DNA of 64,000 nucleotides from Mytilus californianus (Eukaryota): NCBI RefSeq assembly GCF_021869535.1, contig NW_026262637.1, positions 7,254,001 to 7,318,000 of the forward strand, read 5' to 3'. Shown piece by piece: positions 13,401 to 26,350 of this stretch (position 1 is its first letter; each line of letters starts with the position of its first letter). The notes under the pieces were generated by a model. It saw only the letters and a program-made list of their open reading frames with translations, ran no database searches and was not told where the DNA came from. The position numbers and the translations under genes were made by a program.

Positions 13401-13634
13401 TTCGCACTGTTTTGATACGAGTACCACTGTGATTTATATAATGTAAACACGCGTCTGAAGTCACTAGTTATAAGCTATGGTATCATGACATTATTCATTC
13501 TAAAATCGCATTTTTACTTGTCCTATTAAGCGTTATATATCCGCTCTTCATTTTAATCCTGATCAGTGGGATAACGAAATATATAAATAAACGTAGAATA
13601 AAAATCTGTTCAGAAGAGAGCACATACCTTTATG

Positions 13635-14165
13635 AATAAAATTGAGAGTGGAAACGGGGAATGTGTCAAAGAAACAACAACACGACCAATAAGCAGAAAA
13701 CAGCTGAAGGCCACCAAAGAGTCTTCAACACAGCGAGAAAATCCCGCATCCAGAGGCGGGCTTTAGCTAGCCCTAAACACAAATGTATACTAGTTTAGCG
13801 AAAATGGACGTCACACTTAACTCCGAAACATATATATGAACAAAATTAAAAAAAAAACATGCAAGACTAACAAAGGCCAGGGGTTCCTGACTTGGGACAG
13901 ACGCAAAAATGCGGCAGGGTTAAACATGTTTTGTGAGATCTCAACCCTCCCCCTATACATCTAGGCAAATGTAGAATAAACAAACACACAGCAATACACA
14001 CAGTAACACTCAGTTTAAAGGAAGTCCGAGTCCGATGATAGAATAGGTAACAGAAGAAACTAAGCAAAATGACAATGATCAACATAAATTAACAAAGGAC
14101 TACTAGCAGTAACTGACATGCCAGCTCCAGACCTCAATTAAACTGATTCAATGGTTATGTCTTCA
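13635..14165 (+). repeat. Dispersed repeat family C
   Basis: aataaaattgagaatggaaatggggaat.tgtcaaagagacaacaac...tactagt is shared with 54345-54500 (+) and 51625-51765 (-). This copy extends into a module that is the reverse complement of the family B core. Confidence 0.7.
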
Positions 14166-14967
14166 TCAAACATAGCTTTATGAAGAATTTATGCATGGTA
14201 TATAACAGACAAGAGGACAGAAAACGTATAACAACACTAAACAATACAGAGTTAAGAATGTTTGTAACAACTGAAAACAAGCTGAAAGCACTAAAAAAAA
14301 CCCAAAAAAACCTCAAGTTGTGTATATCGTCAGCTTAATAAAATTTCTAACAACACAGCATATCTCTTTAAAATTATTTTAGCAACATAAAAACACTATT
14401 ACTTTTAGTTTATGTGTTAAAACGGTAAAAAAAAAAAAAAATCTGAATTCTTGTCATTATCCTTTCATATTTTAAAGCGTTTTTACGACATAAATTGCGA
14501 TTCTGCAGATAAGTGATGTATACCCAGTACATTCATCCAGGAAACGTAAACAATAATAGAATCGATTCGGAATTACGTAATGTGCTGTGTTTAATTCCAA
14601 TAAAACCATTGCATAATTGTCTGGATATTTTGTTTAAACTTGAAATTACTTACTGACATTAGCGCTTCACGTGTTTTATAAAGTACACAACAGAACATTT
14701 TAAGCACAGTTTGAAAAACTAAGAACAGTTTTCAATAGATATAAGAAGATGTGGTATGAGTGTCAATGAGACAATTCTCCATCCAAGTCACAATTTGTAA
14801 AAGTAAACCATTATAGGTCAAAGTACGGCCTTCAACACGGAGCCTTCACATCTGATCATTTGTATAGATACACAGGACAAGGTACATATTTACCCATAGA
14901 AAACTAATTCTCATTCGCGTCAAAATGTTATAACCTAAAGTCGGTAGTATGTATCTACTTATATAGA

Positions 14968-15175
14968 AGAGAGATGAAAAATACCAAAGAGATATTCAAA
15001 CTCATATGTCGAAAACAATATGACTATGCCATGGCAAAAACGAAAAACGATGAAAAGACAAATAACAGTACGCAAAACACAACATAGAAACTAAAGACTG
15101 AGCAACACGAACCACACCAAAATCCGATGTTCCGGAAGGATAAGTAGATCCTGCTCTACATGTGGCACCCGTCGT
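14968..15175 (+). repeat. Short dispersed repeat family A
   Basis: Similar to 3842-3995 and 8125-8290. Confidence 0.7.
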
Positions 15176-15674
15176 AATACAGCAGTCGGAAATAGAACTC
15201 AACCTTTCCATGAATACCAAAACGTTTAAATGCCTATATATCTTCGTGCCCATTTTAAAATTTTTAGAGTGTGTCTTGAATAGAAAACAAATAGTCCTTT
15301 CGTTATCGATCATACACATAAACGTGCTTGTTTATCAAAACATTATACACATAAACGTGCTTGTTTATCAAAACATTATCAAGATGTGTGTATAAGAATA
15401 GGACAACTAATTTGATACGTAATTTATCTTGTTATTCAGTTGTAAGACTTACATGTATCTACTGTAATGGACAAGGATTACTTAAAGTGTTAATGAAAGA
15501 GCGAAAAGACGTTTATATAATTCAGATCATATGATATATTCAGTTCGGTCCTTTCGCTTTAACAATATTTGATATCGCTTTAGATTTTTAAAACCTTTGC
15601 CAGACATAATAAACTGTATACTGGTGTTAATTATTATCATAATAGGATTAACGAGTTGATTTGTTTTTTTTCAG

Positions 15675-15846
15675 GAATAGCTTGTACCATCAACAACTAA
15701 GATCATTCATCAACCAATGTTCTGGCTGGAATAGAAGATGTATACCATGGTCATCTGAACTGAAATATTCATGTTGTGATTCACTTTCTTGTAGATGTAA
15801 CTTTTGGGGACAAAACTGTAAATGTGTTTCCCGTTTGTGGGGATGA
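15675..15846 (+). CDS. Terminal exon of a cysteine-rich knottin (ICK) peptide precursor, agatoxin-like peptide framework
   Basis: Polypyrimidine acceptor ttgttttttttcag| at 15674. Encodes NSLYHQQLRSFINQCSGWNRRCIPWSSELKYSCCDSLSCRCNFWGQNCKCVSRLWG*, i.e. C-x6-C-x10-CC-x4-C-x-C-x6-C-x-C. Ends in WG (amidation). AATAAA at 15899. Confidence 0.8.
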
Positions 15847-15898
15847 TGTAACAATGACACATGTGTATCAGTTTATTGGTACAGTGTTTCAACTATAG

Positions 15899-15904
15899 AA
15901 TAAA
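15899..15904 (+). promoter_or_regulatory. Candidate polyadenylation signal of the knottin gene
   Basis: AATAAA 52 nt after the stop codon. Confidence 0.45.
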
Positions 15905-16389
15905 ATTATGACAATTACATCTTGAGATTATTTGCGTTTTTATTTAATGGTATGGTGTACCGATTTATTCATTTTATTTGTAAATGATTAAAAGTGCGTA
16001 GAGGACGGGATATACATCAGTGAGATAGCAACCTAATAACAGAAAAACCTAGACAATACACGTCGCCTTGTTCAAATTTATTGAATACACTGACAAATAG
16101 AAATCTTTAGTGTAAATTACTTCAGACATATTAGAACATCAGATAGGTGAATAATTGTTCACTTTGTGTTATAGCATGAAATTTGGTACAAACCTAATTT
16201 GAACCATTCTAAATAAAATTATATATGAAGGCAAGCTTAGTTTTATCAACTTCCGGTTTTATCATCAAAATGGATGGCTTGCATTTAATAACTGAATATG
16301 GTTATTTATTTCTCACAATTGATAGCCAAAGTCTGCTTGATATACCTTAATATATTATTGTGTATACATGGTTTAACTTATATAGAATT

Positions 16390-16580
16390 ATAGACAAATA
16401 ATGAAAATTTAATTGATTACAAATAGATCAATATTATATGCAAGTTATAAAAGATAAATGGTATTGCTAGAAGTAAAGGGAGATTAGACAAATAATGAAA
16501 ATTTATTTGATTTCAAATAGATCAATATTATATGCAAGTTATAAAAGATAAATGGTATTGCGAGAAGTAAAGGGAGATTA
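16390..16580. repeat. ~92-bp tandem duplication (2 copies)
   Basis: tagacaaataatgaaaattta.ttgat...gaagtaaagggagatta occurs twice with few differences. Confidence 0.9.
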
Positions 16581-16656
16581 TCTGTACTCGTGGTACTGTA
16601 GTAGAATTGTAACTGACAAGATCAACAACAGCAGTTAATGCGATGCTCTTCTAATA

Positions 16657-17793
16657 TTTAGCTCACCGGGGCCCGAATGGCCCCATGTGAGCTTATGCCA
16701 TCACTTGGCGTCCGTCGTCTGTCGTCGTAAACTATTTCAAAAATCTTCTCCTCTGAAACTGCTGGGCCAAATACCTTCAAACTTTAACAAAATGTTCCTT
16801 AGGGTATCTAGTTTATAAATTGTATCAGAAATTTTGATCAATCGACAAACATGGCCGCCATGGCTAAAAATAGAACATAGGGGTAAAATGCAGTTTTTGG
16901 CTTATATCTCAAAAACTAAAGCTTTTAGAGCAAATCTGACATGGGGTAAATTGTTCAATTGGTCAAGATCTATCAGCTCTGAAATTTTCAGACGAATCGA
17001 ACAACCCATTCTTGGGTTGCTGCCACCGAATTGGTAGTTTTAACAAAATTTTGCAGTTTTTTTTATATTATTTTGAATATTATTATAGATATATATAAAC
17101 TGTAAGCAGCAATTATGTTCAGCAAAGTAAGATCTACAAAAAGTTAATATGACCATAATTGTCAATTGACCCCTTAAGGAGTTATTGCCCTTTAAAGACA
17201 ATTTTACACAATTTATTCATCAAGTTTGCTAACATTTAAAAATCTTCTCCTCTGAAACTACTAAGCCAATTACCTTCAAACTTTAACTAAATGATCCTTA
17301 GGGTATCTTGTTTATAAATTGTATCCGAAGTTTGTATCCATCGACAAACATGGCCGCCTTGGCTAAAAATAGAACATAATGGTCAAATGCAGTTTTTGGC
17401 TTATATCTCAAAAACTAAATCTTTTAGAGCAAATATGACATGGGGTAAAATTATTTAATTGGTCAAGATCTATCGGCCCTGAAATTATCAGACAAATCGA
17501 ACAACCCATTGTTGGGTTGCTGCCACCGAATTGGTAGTTTTAACAAAATTTTGCAGTTTTTTGTTATTATTTTGAATATTATTATAGATACATATAAACT
17601 GTAAGCAGCAATAATGTTCAGCAAAGTGAGATCTACAAAAAAGTTAATATGACCATAATTGTCAATTGACCCCTTAATGAGTTATTGCCCTTTAAAGACA
17701 ATTTTACACAATTTGATCATCAAGTTTGCTAACATTTAAAAATCTTCTCCTCTGAAATACAGGTGAGCGATTCAGGTTCTTGAGAGCCTCTTG
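16657..17793 (+). mobile_element. Non-autonomous Helentron-type element (HINE-like) with ~500-bp internal tandem unit
   Basis: Short subterminal IRs agctcacc / aggtgagc, a 5' hairpin, a gtcc/gtc microrepeat, a 3' stem-loop aggttct-tg-agagcct and a T-rich flank. Internal unit starts aaatcttctcctctgaaa at about 16741, 17241 and 17741. Confidence 0.75.
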
Positions 17794-19124
17794 TTTTTTA
17801 TCATTTTCCTAGTGAGTTCTGTCTCCTATGCATATCACTCATATATAGTCTCACTTTTACCACTCACTATGCTAGAGAGTACCAAACAATGATTTAAATT
17901 TCTATACTGTGTTTCCATTATCTCTTAATTCAAATTATGAAAAGATTCTGAAAATAAAAGTGATCTTCACGGAGTAAACGATGCAAATTAAGAATAAATG
18001 CTATTCAATCTTCTACAGTTGCTATTTAGATAAAAATGAATATCAAGTATGAATAAATAATAGCTATTCTACTTACGTTATTTCTCACCGAGTATATTGA
18101 GAGTGGATAAATATGGTATCGCACCAGATACAATTGTGGTCTCTGTTTCTTGTGTGATTTTTAGAAGACATGAAGACAAACCTCGAAAAATTTATTTGTC
18201 AATGATCTGCAAACATATTATGATCCTACTTATGACTTTACCATGCATCGTCTCTTTTTTTCACGGCGGCACAATAACAAATTTGGAGGTCACCAGCTAC
18301 CAGTTGGTTACTAGTATCAAAGAATAATCAATCCAGTCAGTCCAGTGATAGTATCAACCTGTTAATAATATTGGACAATAAAGGAATAAAAGGAAATATG
18401 GGTAATATATCATTGAGACAGTAAGCAACCCAACGAGACTTCAAACCAAAATTTACGAAGGGAAACATCTGGTCTTCCAAAAAAGAAAAAAAAAAGAGAT
18501 TGTGTCCTGCGCACTGAAATCAGTATCATTCGTTGATATTTAACTCTACTTGCTGACACATTCGCAGAACGTCTGATGATAATCGACCTAAACTAGTGTG
18601 TGATATCAGCTCTATACATCAGAAATGCGATACGTTAGATATGTTATTCAGGTTAAGTGTGCATGACAATTCATCTTTAAATGCAAAAGAGATGGTCAGC
18701 CATACAATGGTTAAACCGTTTGAGAAAAAAAATATGATAAAGCTTATTTCAACCCTACAATTAGGAATATGAAATAAGTGTCACTTATGAATACAAAATT
18801 ACCTATTATTTTTGACCCGATGTAGGATCAAGGGGTGATCCAAAGTTGTTTACTTGTATTATAAAATGATTTCTGATCAATTCCATTTTCAGGATGAGTA
18901 TTACACAATGACCTGATATTGTCACGGTTATCTCCTCTTGTATACTAATAGTACTTGTGTAGAAGACAATGAACCGAGTCATCCCTTTTGTCTAGGATAA
19001 TTAGAACTCATTGACGATAGGTCATTTTCCTTTGTCTAGGATAAGTATAGGTTTAAACACCCTTTGCATGTTGATGATTAACATCCTTTTTTTGTTTTAT
19101 TAAATAGTTGTTTTATAATCATTC

Positions 19125-19472
19125 GTTACATTTGTTTGCTTTTATAGTGATTACGATGATAACACAATGTTAATTGACTGCTGTACCCCTATTTTTGACA
19201 TTTTTACCTAATGTGTCCGTTTGTTTTGTTCACGCATCGTTGTCAATATAATGGAATTTGATGCGACTGTCATACAAATGAGAGGTTTAGCTAGCTATAA
19301 AACCAGGTTCAATCCACCATTTTTACATAAGAAAATGCCTATACCAAGTCAGGAATATGACAGTTGTTATCCATTCGTTTGATGTGTTTGAGCTTTTGAT
19401 TTTGCCATTTGATTAGGGACTTTTCTTTTAAAATGTTCCTCGGAGTTCAGTATTTTTGTGATTTTACTTTTA
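19125..19472. repeat. Probable dispersed ~350-bp repeat
   Basis: Recognised from memory as an abundant mussel-type repeat (gagaggtttagctagctataaaaccaggttcaatccacc...ccaagtcaggaatatgacagttgtt). Single copy in this window. Confidence 0.45.
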
Positions 19473-21499
19473 ACTAAGGGGGATAATATTTTGTCATTTT
19501 GTGAAACTCCTCACATATCACTGCAGGTCATTGGGTTTTGTACATGTACTTATCCTAGACAAAGTAGATGGTACCAGGGCCATTGTGTTATGCATTACGG
19601 TACTAAGGAGTGATAGGGATTATTATGTTCAGCACTATAATACCAAGGGGACTGATTTTGATTTGTTGTGTTTAAAACATGTGTGATGTAAAGGATTTTT
19701 AATTTTTTACTCAATTAAAACTATTCATTTCAACCACCCTTCCACTAATCTCACTAGAATTTATCGCAGTCAGCAAATATGTTTTCCAAACATTTCATAC
19801 TTTTGAATGATTGACGATCTCCTTGAATATTTTGCGATTAATTTATAAAACGAAAAAAGAATTGCCATTCGCATTTTGCCCAAAGAACATATATCTCTGG
19901 CGTATATATTTGAACAGGGCTCGATTATTGCCGCATGCTTTGAGAATGTGCGACTTGTTGAGGTACCAGCCCTATACAAGGATCGAAGTCGATATTCTTT
20001 GCTGTTGCTTTTCTTAGTCGTTTTATGAATTAAAAAAATAACGAACTCCAATATAAATTTAAAAAGGGGGAGTCCATAAAAACTGAAAAAATCAAACGTT
20101 AGAATGTATCAAATAGCAGAACGTAGACATTTAGTGTTACTGATATATCTTTTGAGATTGTATCTCTATTTTATTCATTGGGGAGGGGGAAGTCTTATCA
20201 GGACAACAATCAAATCCCTGTTTGAAGGAAAACAGACATCATAGAAAAATTGTCCACGCTCGATCTAAAACTTTTCAATACATATGGAGACTTTTCTATC
20301 ATTGGAAAAATTCTGTTGACCGCAACTCAAAATGTTTTATTTTGTTGTTTGAATGCTAACTCCTCCATATTTAACCCACATATTTTTTTAACAAGGCGAA
20401 TTTTCAGATTGAGATTAAAAACATAGAGACGTGTTATTATTTTTGATTCTAAATGTCTTTCATGTCAGTTAGCAGCAACAGTTTAAGGTCAGTTAAATGA
20501 CAGACTTACTTTATTCGATAGGAAAAGTATAAAAAAGCAATAAAGACATGCTTTCTGGTTTTAAATTTCAATATATGACGTCATTTGCACATTTAAAGAC
20601 TTTCCCGTTTAGCTATTATGGCTGATCAGACAATCGTTTCCGCATCCTTAGATCTGTTTTCAAAAATGAGCAAATTAAACAAATATTCCCATTCACTAGT
20701 CCTGTTGGTGTTACTTTCAATTGCTCTACAGTTTTAATTTTATATTTCTTGCAGTTTTGTTTTTAATAATTCCGTGAGGCATAATATGGTGCATCTGTCA
20801 CGTCAATGCTCAAGATACAAGTATAAATGTTAAAAAGGTAAATGCAAAGAACTCATTTGAAGTGCAATGTATAGTCGTAATCTGAATCATACGTTAGTGA
20901 CCGTGTGAAATATGGTTCAGTGAAACGTATTTTACTTTCAGAAAACAAAATAGATTTTGTTTATTGCAATAGGATGTGAATTGAAACACAGACAAATTTA
21001 AGTAAGACAACTTAATATGTTAACAAAAAAAAAAAAAAAAAAAAAAAAAACAAGCTTGATATGAAATATAAATGATGAACAAGAATTTAATATTGATGTG
21101 TCCGAATATTCCCGCAACTATTTGAAAACGTTAATAGCTGAGACACATGCTAACCAAAACTAACAATTGAATGTTAACCAGATTCTGTCACCAATGATTA
21201 AAAAAAAAGCATCGAAGATATCAAAGATCAGCCCCATAATTTTGTTCACCAGACGCATGTTTCGTCTTAAAAAAAAAAAGTCGACCAAATCATGATGGCG
21301 TCGGTAAAATCGAAGGAGAAATAAATAAATTTGAACAACCTTGGTTCAAATCTTCCCTATAAGCACCAAAGCTAGCCCTATACGGCATGTCGTATTAATT
21401 ATATTCAGTGTGTACGATAAAAAGTCAATAATGGGAAATATGAGACAATCGTAGTTGGAAGACCGACGGGGGAAGACCGAGTGCGTCGAAAGCTTAAGC

Positions 21500-21830
21500 G
21501 TCTCTTTGAAATCTAATCCATCTCTCTAGCTGTAAAGTTTAGATTTCAAACGACTCTGATTGCCAATTTCTAGATGTAAGTCAAGATATGAATAAGACCT
21601 AACTGCATCTATGGTATCCGTTATTTTATGTTCTATGTGATAGATGTAATCAAAATAGTCACAGAACTTTGAATAATTCAGTGGGAGGACATCAACTTTA
21701 TAGCGAAATATGACGTTAAAGGATGCTAATATTTTGTTTCGTTCTTCTTGAGCAGCTCTTGTATGAAGACTGCCTCAAACAAATATAGGAACAAATCGAC
21801 AAGAGAAGAAGAACAGTGTGTTGCCATAAG
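21500..21830 (-). mobile_element. Decayed Penelope-like element RT fragment (same family type as 1255-1580)
   Basis: Minus translation ATHCSSSLVDLFLYLFEAVFIQELLKKNETK-ILASFNVIFRYKVDVLPLNYSKFCDYFDYIY...YSYLDLHLEIGNQSRLKSKLYS*RD follows the PLE consensus GTNCAPLLADLFLY.YEA.F...FRYIDDVL...YLDLHLEID.EGRL.TKLYDKRD. Confidence 0.75.
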
Positions 21831-23514
21831 AAAACTACTAAACTTAGCAAATATTTTGTCAGCATTATGGTCCTGTTAGTTTCAGAGACCTTTCTTGTTT
21901 TAATCAGAATTTCTTTTTTTCTTAAATTTGATTTGTCCCTACCTCAAAGAAGATATGTTTATATACGTTGGTCATTTTTTTATGAACAACGTTGGACTAA
22001 TTCTTTCAATATGTCTTCAATTTTATAATGAAAATTTATAAAAAAAAATGTAAAGGTAAGAGAAACAAGGGGTCGTTATATTATTGCACGAGAAGAGGGA
22101 CTATATATAATGTATGATAACTTATTTTCCTTGATTTATTATACATAAACATTATATTACACAGATGCAGCGAATTAATTCGTTTTAAAATACAAAACTT
22201 GACAACGGTGTATGTCAGCTGCGTGGAGACAAACTTCTATAGTACAAATCTTATAATGTTAAAGTCATCCATCAGGGAGAGTGAATATGTGATGTTCAAT
22301 TACCCTATAGAGGACTGATACATCAAAGTGAGTTACTGTTTAAACAGATCACAAGATTATTGGATTATTATATTCCCCAGGATTTGATTGCATGTCAGAA
22401 ATAAGGGTTAACAATCTCATAAAGACAAGACAAGGAAAACACCATTGATTAGGATTTCAAGATAAATACAACAATCCCTTACTCATTCGTCATAATCTAT
22501 TTCTAATCCTCTCAGATATCAAAGTTTGCAGGATAAAGTTTTAGTTAATCATATAACCATTCCGTGATTTAGTTTTAATGGATCGCAGAACACGTTACAG
22601 TTTCAATAAACCGATTCTACATAAGACTAAAAATCATGATATTTCTATTAAAGAATAAGTGGAGGAGTTATTATTGGTCTTTGATATCATACAAACGAAA
22701 TTAATAATGTCTCTTTTATGATTTTAAAGTCAAAATGCATTACTTGTTTGAAGATTTTAAAAGGATATATGTCTGCATAACTTTCTGCATAATCAATTAG
22801 TGCAGCAAAGAATCTATTTGGTATTACCTATTATTATCAAACCCACCTTTACAAATAACTATTATAATTGTATTTCTAATTATTCATTTTTTGATTTTCT
22901 AATTGTCGACCGTCATATTAGCATCGAGATAGTATTTTCATCTTTTGTTTTAAATGTTAACAGGTTTGGTAAATTTGTATAGTTTGTAACATTTCTTGAT
23001 TTTTTCTTGTTTTGCATTAATTTTTAAGTATATTTTGGAGTGGAAAAGAACGTGCGAACACAAGATAAAACTTTATATTTGCTGAGATGATGTAAATCGC
23101 TATGATAAAGCTTTTCAAATTTTTTTGTTGTTTCTTGGTTACATACGATGCGTCAACGACGGAAATATGAATTGAAAACTGCATCTTGTATGATTAATTT
23201 GTATTCCTTAATCTAATGCATTTTCAAACAGTATGTGTTATTTTGAAGTTTTTTGAAAGACTATTTTTTTGTGGCCAAATAAAAGCCTAACTGCCCCTAC
23301 TTTTAAAAAAAAAATAATCTTATAGTTTATTAAGTGCGTACTTTTTTTTTAATTCAAATGTACTACCTCTTCTTTATTTTATCATGTGGTTGACCGTGAA
23401 GCATAGCATTGTATCGTTTGAATACAATTAGACACATAAGACATCGCTACACAACACAAGAGTGCACAATCTTAAATGTATCTCCTGCTTACTTGATAAG
23501 ATTGAACTGAATCC

Positions 23515-23591
23515 TTCATCGAGTCTAGAACAATGTCCGTCATTCTACATCATCAGGTTTATAATGGTCTCCATCACCCTACATCAAGTTT
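23515..23591. repeat. Left remnant of the 31-bp satellite
   Basis: atggtctccatcaccctacatcaagttt plus degenerate units upstream of the LINE. Confidence 0.75.
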
Positions 23592-24729
23592 GCTGCTAGA
23601 ATTATTACAGGATTACGACGTAATTCCTCAAGACAAAAACTTTATATTGAATTAGATTTAGAAACTCTGGAGAATAGACGTAATAAACATAAGCTTATAC
23701 TATTCTATAAAATATTAAATAGTGACACCTGCATACTTATATGAGTTAGTCCAGCCATATCTTCCCAGACAAACCCCTTATACGTTGAGGAATGAAAATA
23801 ACACTTTTCGCCCGCCTCTTGCTAGAACTAGCTCTTATTTTAATAGTTTCATTCCTTCCACTATAAGACTTTGGAATAGTCTTCCTTTGAGTTTACAAAA
23901 ATCCCCAAGTTTGGGTATATTTAGAAGTGGACTGGACAAGTTTTATAGGACTGATGATATATTTAAACCTTTCAACTACGGGATAAGGAAACTTAATATA
24001 AGCCATTGTCAACTCAGAAATAATGCTAGCAACCTAAAATCTCATTTGTTTAATCAGTTCTTATCTGAGAACACTTTTTGTGCAAACTGTAACAACCCTG
24101 TTGAGGATAACCAACATTTCTTTTTTATTTGCCCTAAGTACAATGATGTAAGACTGATCCTACTTGATTCCATTTACTCCATTGCTGATAATGTTGACAT
24201 AGATATTGAATTATTACTTTTTGGAAACAGATTATTTTCATATAATATGAATATTGCTATTTTTAAATCTCATCAGAAATATATCAGTGACACTCAACGT
24301 TTTGTTTGAAATTTAATCAATTTTTGTTTTATTTAGTTTTATTTTTTACTTTTGTTCTCCTCCACTTCAACATTAATTCATTTATTCCACGAAGTAAGCT
24401 TATAGTGTCTCTTTCAAGCCATACATATATATTTCTAATGACTTATAAAGGATATTTGCATGTTTCAAGGTACTTGAATAAATGATGAGTAATTGTCTAT
24501 ATACTTAAATATACTTTACATTTAGTAAGTAACACTGTAAACATATATTTGCTCGTGTGTGCTCATAAGCAGCATGCATGTTCCACTATATTACATTATT
24601 TTAAATACAGTTGTTATAATTGGATTATACCTTGTACATGTAATATGGAGAGAGCTTTTATAGGCTGTGCCTGTTGCTCAATCCTTTTCATATCTTAATG
24701 AATAAAATATGTTTAAAATCAAATTAAAA
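23592..24729 (+). mobile_element. 5'-truncated CR1/L2-group LINE 3' fragment with 12-bp TSD
   Basis: AARIITGLRRNSSRQKLY.. then (frameshifts) TPAYLYELV...SFIPSTIRLWNSLP...CANCNNPVEDNQHFFFIC (CCHC-like). 3' UTR ends aataaaatatgtttaaaatcaaattaaaa. tacatcaagttt is duplicated at 23580-23591 and 24730-24741. Confidence 0.85.
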
Positions 24730-26350
24730 TACATCAAGTTTAGAACGGTCTCCATCACCCTACATCGAGTTAAGAACGGTCACCATCATTCTACATCAAG
24801 TTAAAAACGGTCTCCATCACACTACATCAAGTTAAGAACGGTCTCTATCCTCCTACACCAAGTTTGAAACGGTCTCCGTGATCCTAATTCAAGTTTAAAA
24901 CGGTCTCCATCACCTTACATTGTGCTAAGAACGGATTCCATCGCCCTACATCAAGTAAACAACGGTCTCCATCACCCTACATCGTGTTTAGAATGGTCTC
25001 CATTACCCCACATCAAGTTAAGAACGGTCTCTATCCTCCTACACCAAGTTTGAAACGGTCTCCATTATCCTACATCGTGTTTAGAATGGTCTCCATTACC
25101 CTACATCAAGTTAAGAACAGTCTCTATCCTCCTACACCATGTTAAAAACGGTCTCCATTATCCTACATCGTGTTTAGAACGGTCTTCATCACCCTACATC
25201 GTGTTTAGAGCTGTCTCTATCATCTTACATTATATATATAACTGTCTGCATCATCCTATAGCTACATCGTGTTTTGAACCGTATCCTTCATCATACATCG
25301 TGTTAAGAACGGACTTCATCACTCTACACCAAGTTGAAAACGGTCTCCGTCATCCAACATTAAGTTTAGAACGGTCTACATCACCTTAAATCGTGTTAAG
25401 AACGCTGTCCATCATCCTACATGAAGTTTAGAACGGTCTCCATCAACCCTAAATTGTGTTTAGAACGATCTCCATCACATTACATCGTACGTGGTAAGAA
25501 CAATCACGATCATCCTACATTGTGTTTAGAATGCTTTCCATCATCCTTCATCCTGTTTAGAACGGTCTCTATCATCTTACATCGTGTTTAGAACGGTCTC
25601 CATCACCGTACATCTTGTTTAGAACGGTCTCCACCACCTTACATCGTGTTTAGAAGTGTCTCCATCACCCTTATTCCAGTTTAAAATGGTCTTCATCATT
25701 ATACATCAAGTTTAGAACGGTCTACATCACCTTACATCGTGTTTACAACGGTCTGTATCATCCTACATCGTGTTTGGAACGGTCAGTATCATCCTACATC
25801 GTATTCAGAACGGTCTCCATCCCCCTACATCGTGTGTAGAACGGTCTGTATCATCCAACATCACATTTAGGACTGTCTCCATCATCCTACATCATCTTTA
25901 CAACGGTCTCCAACACCCTACATCGTGTTTAGAACGATCTCTATCACCCTACATCGTGTTTGGAACGGTCTCCATCACCCTACATCGTGTTAAGAACGGT
26001 CTGCATCACCTTACATCGTGTTTAGAATGGTCTCCAAAACCCTACATTATGTTTAGAACGGTCTCCAACACCCTACATCGTGTTTGGAACGGTCTCCATC
26101 ACCCTACATCGTGTTAAGAACGGTCTGCATCACCCTATATCGTGTTTAGAACGGTCTCCAAAACCCTACATTGTGTTTAGAACGGTGTCCATTCTACATC
26201 ATGTTTTGAATATTCTCCATCATCTTAAATCGTGTTCAGAACGGTCTACTTCATTCTACATTAAGTTTCAAACGTCTACCATCACCCTTCACAAAGTTCA
26301 GAACGGTCTGCATCATCCTATATCAAGTTTAAAACGGACTCCACCATCCT
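24730..26350. repeat. 31-bp satellite array, about 52 copies
   Basis: Consensus gaacggtctccatcaccctacatcgtgttta; period 31 measured at 25561/25592. Confidence 0.95.

Noticed and set aside
16834-17037. 67-aa ORF
   Set aside because: Inside the internal tandem unit of a non-autonomous element; not preserved in the second unit.
19770-20051. Overlapping 93-aa (-) and 68-aa (+) ORFs in a locally GC-richer patch
   Set aside because: I could not match any frame to a known family; may be a decayed fragment.
21025-21050. Poly(A) runs (also 4170-4192) as retrocopy tails
   Set aside because: No upstream retrogene or SINE body and no TSD recognised.
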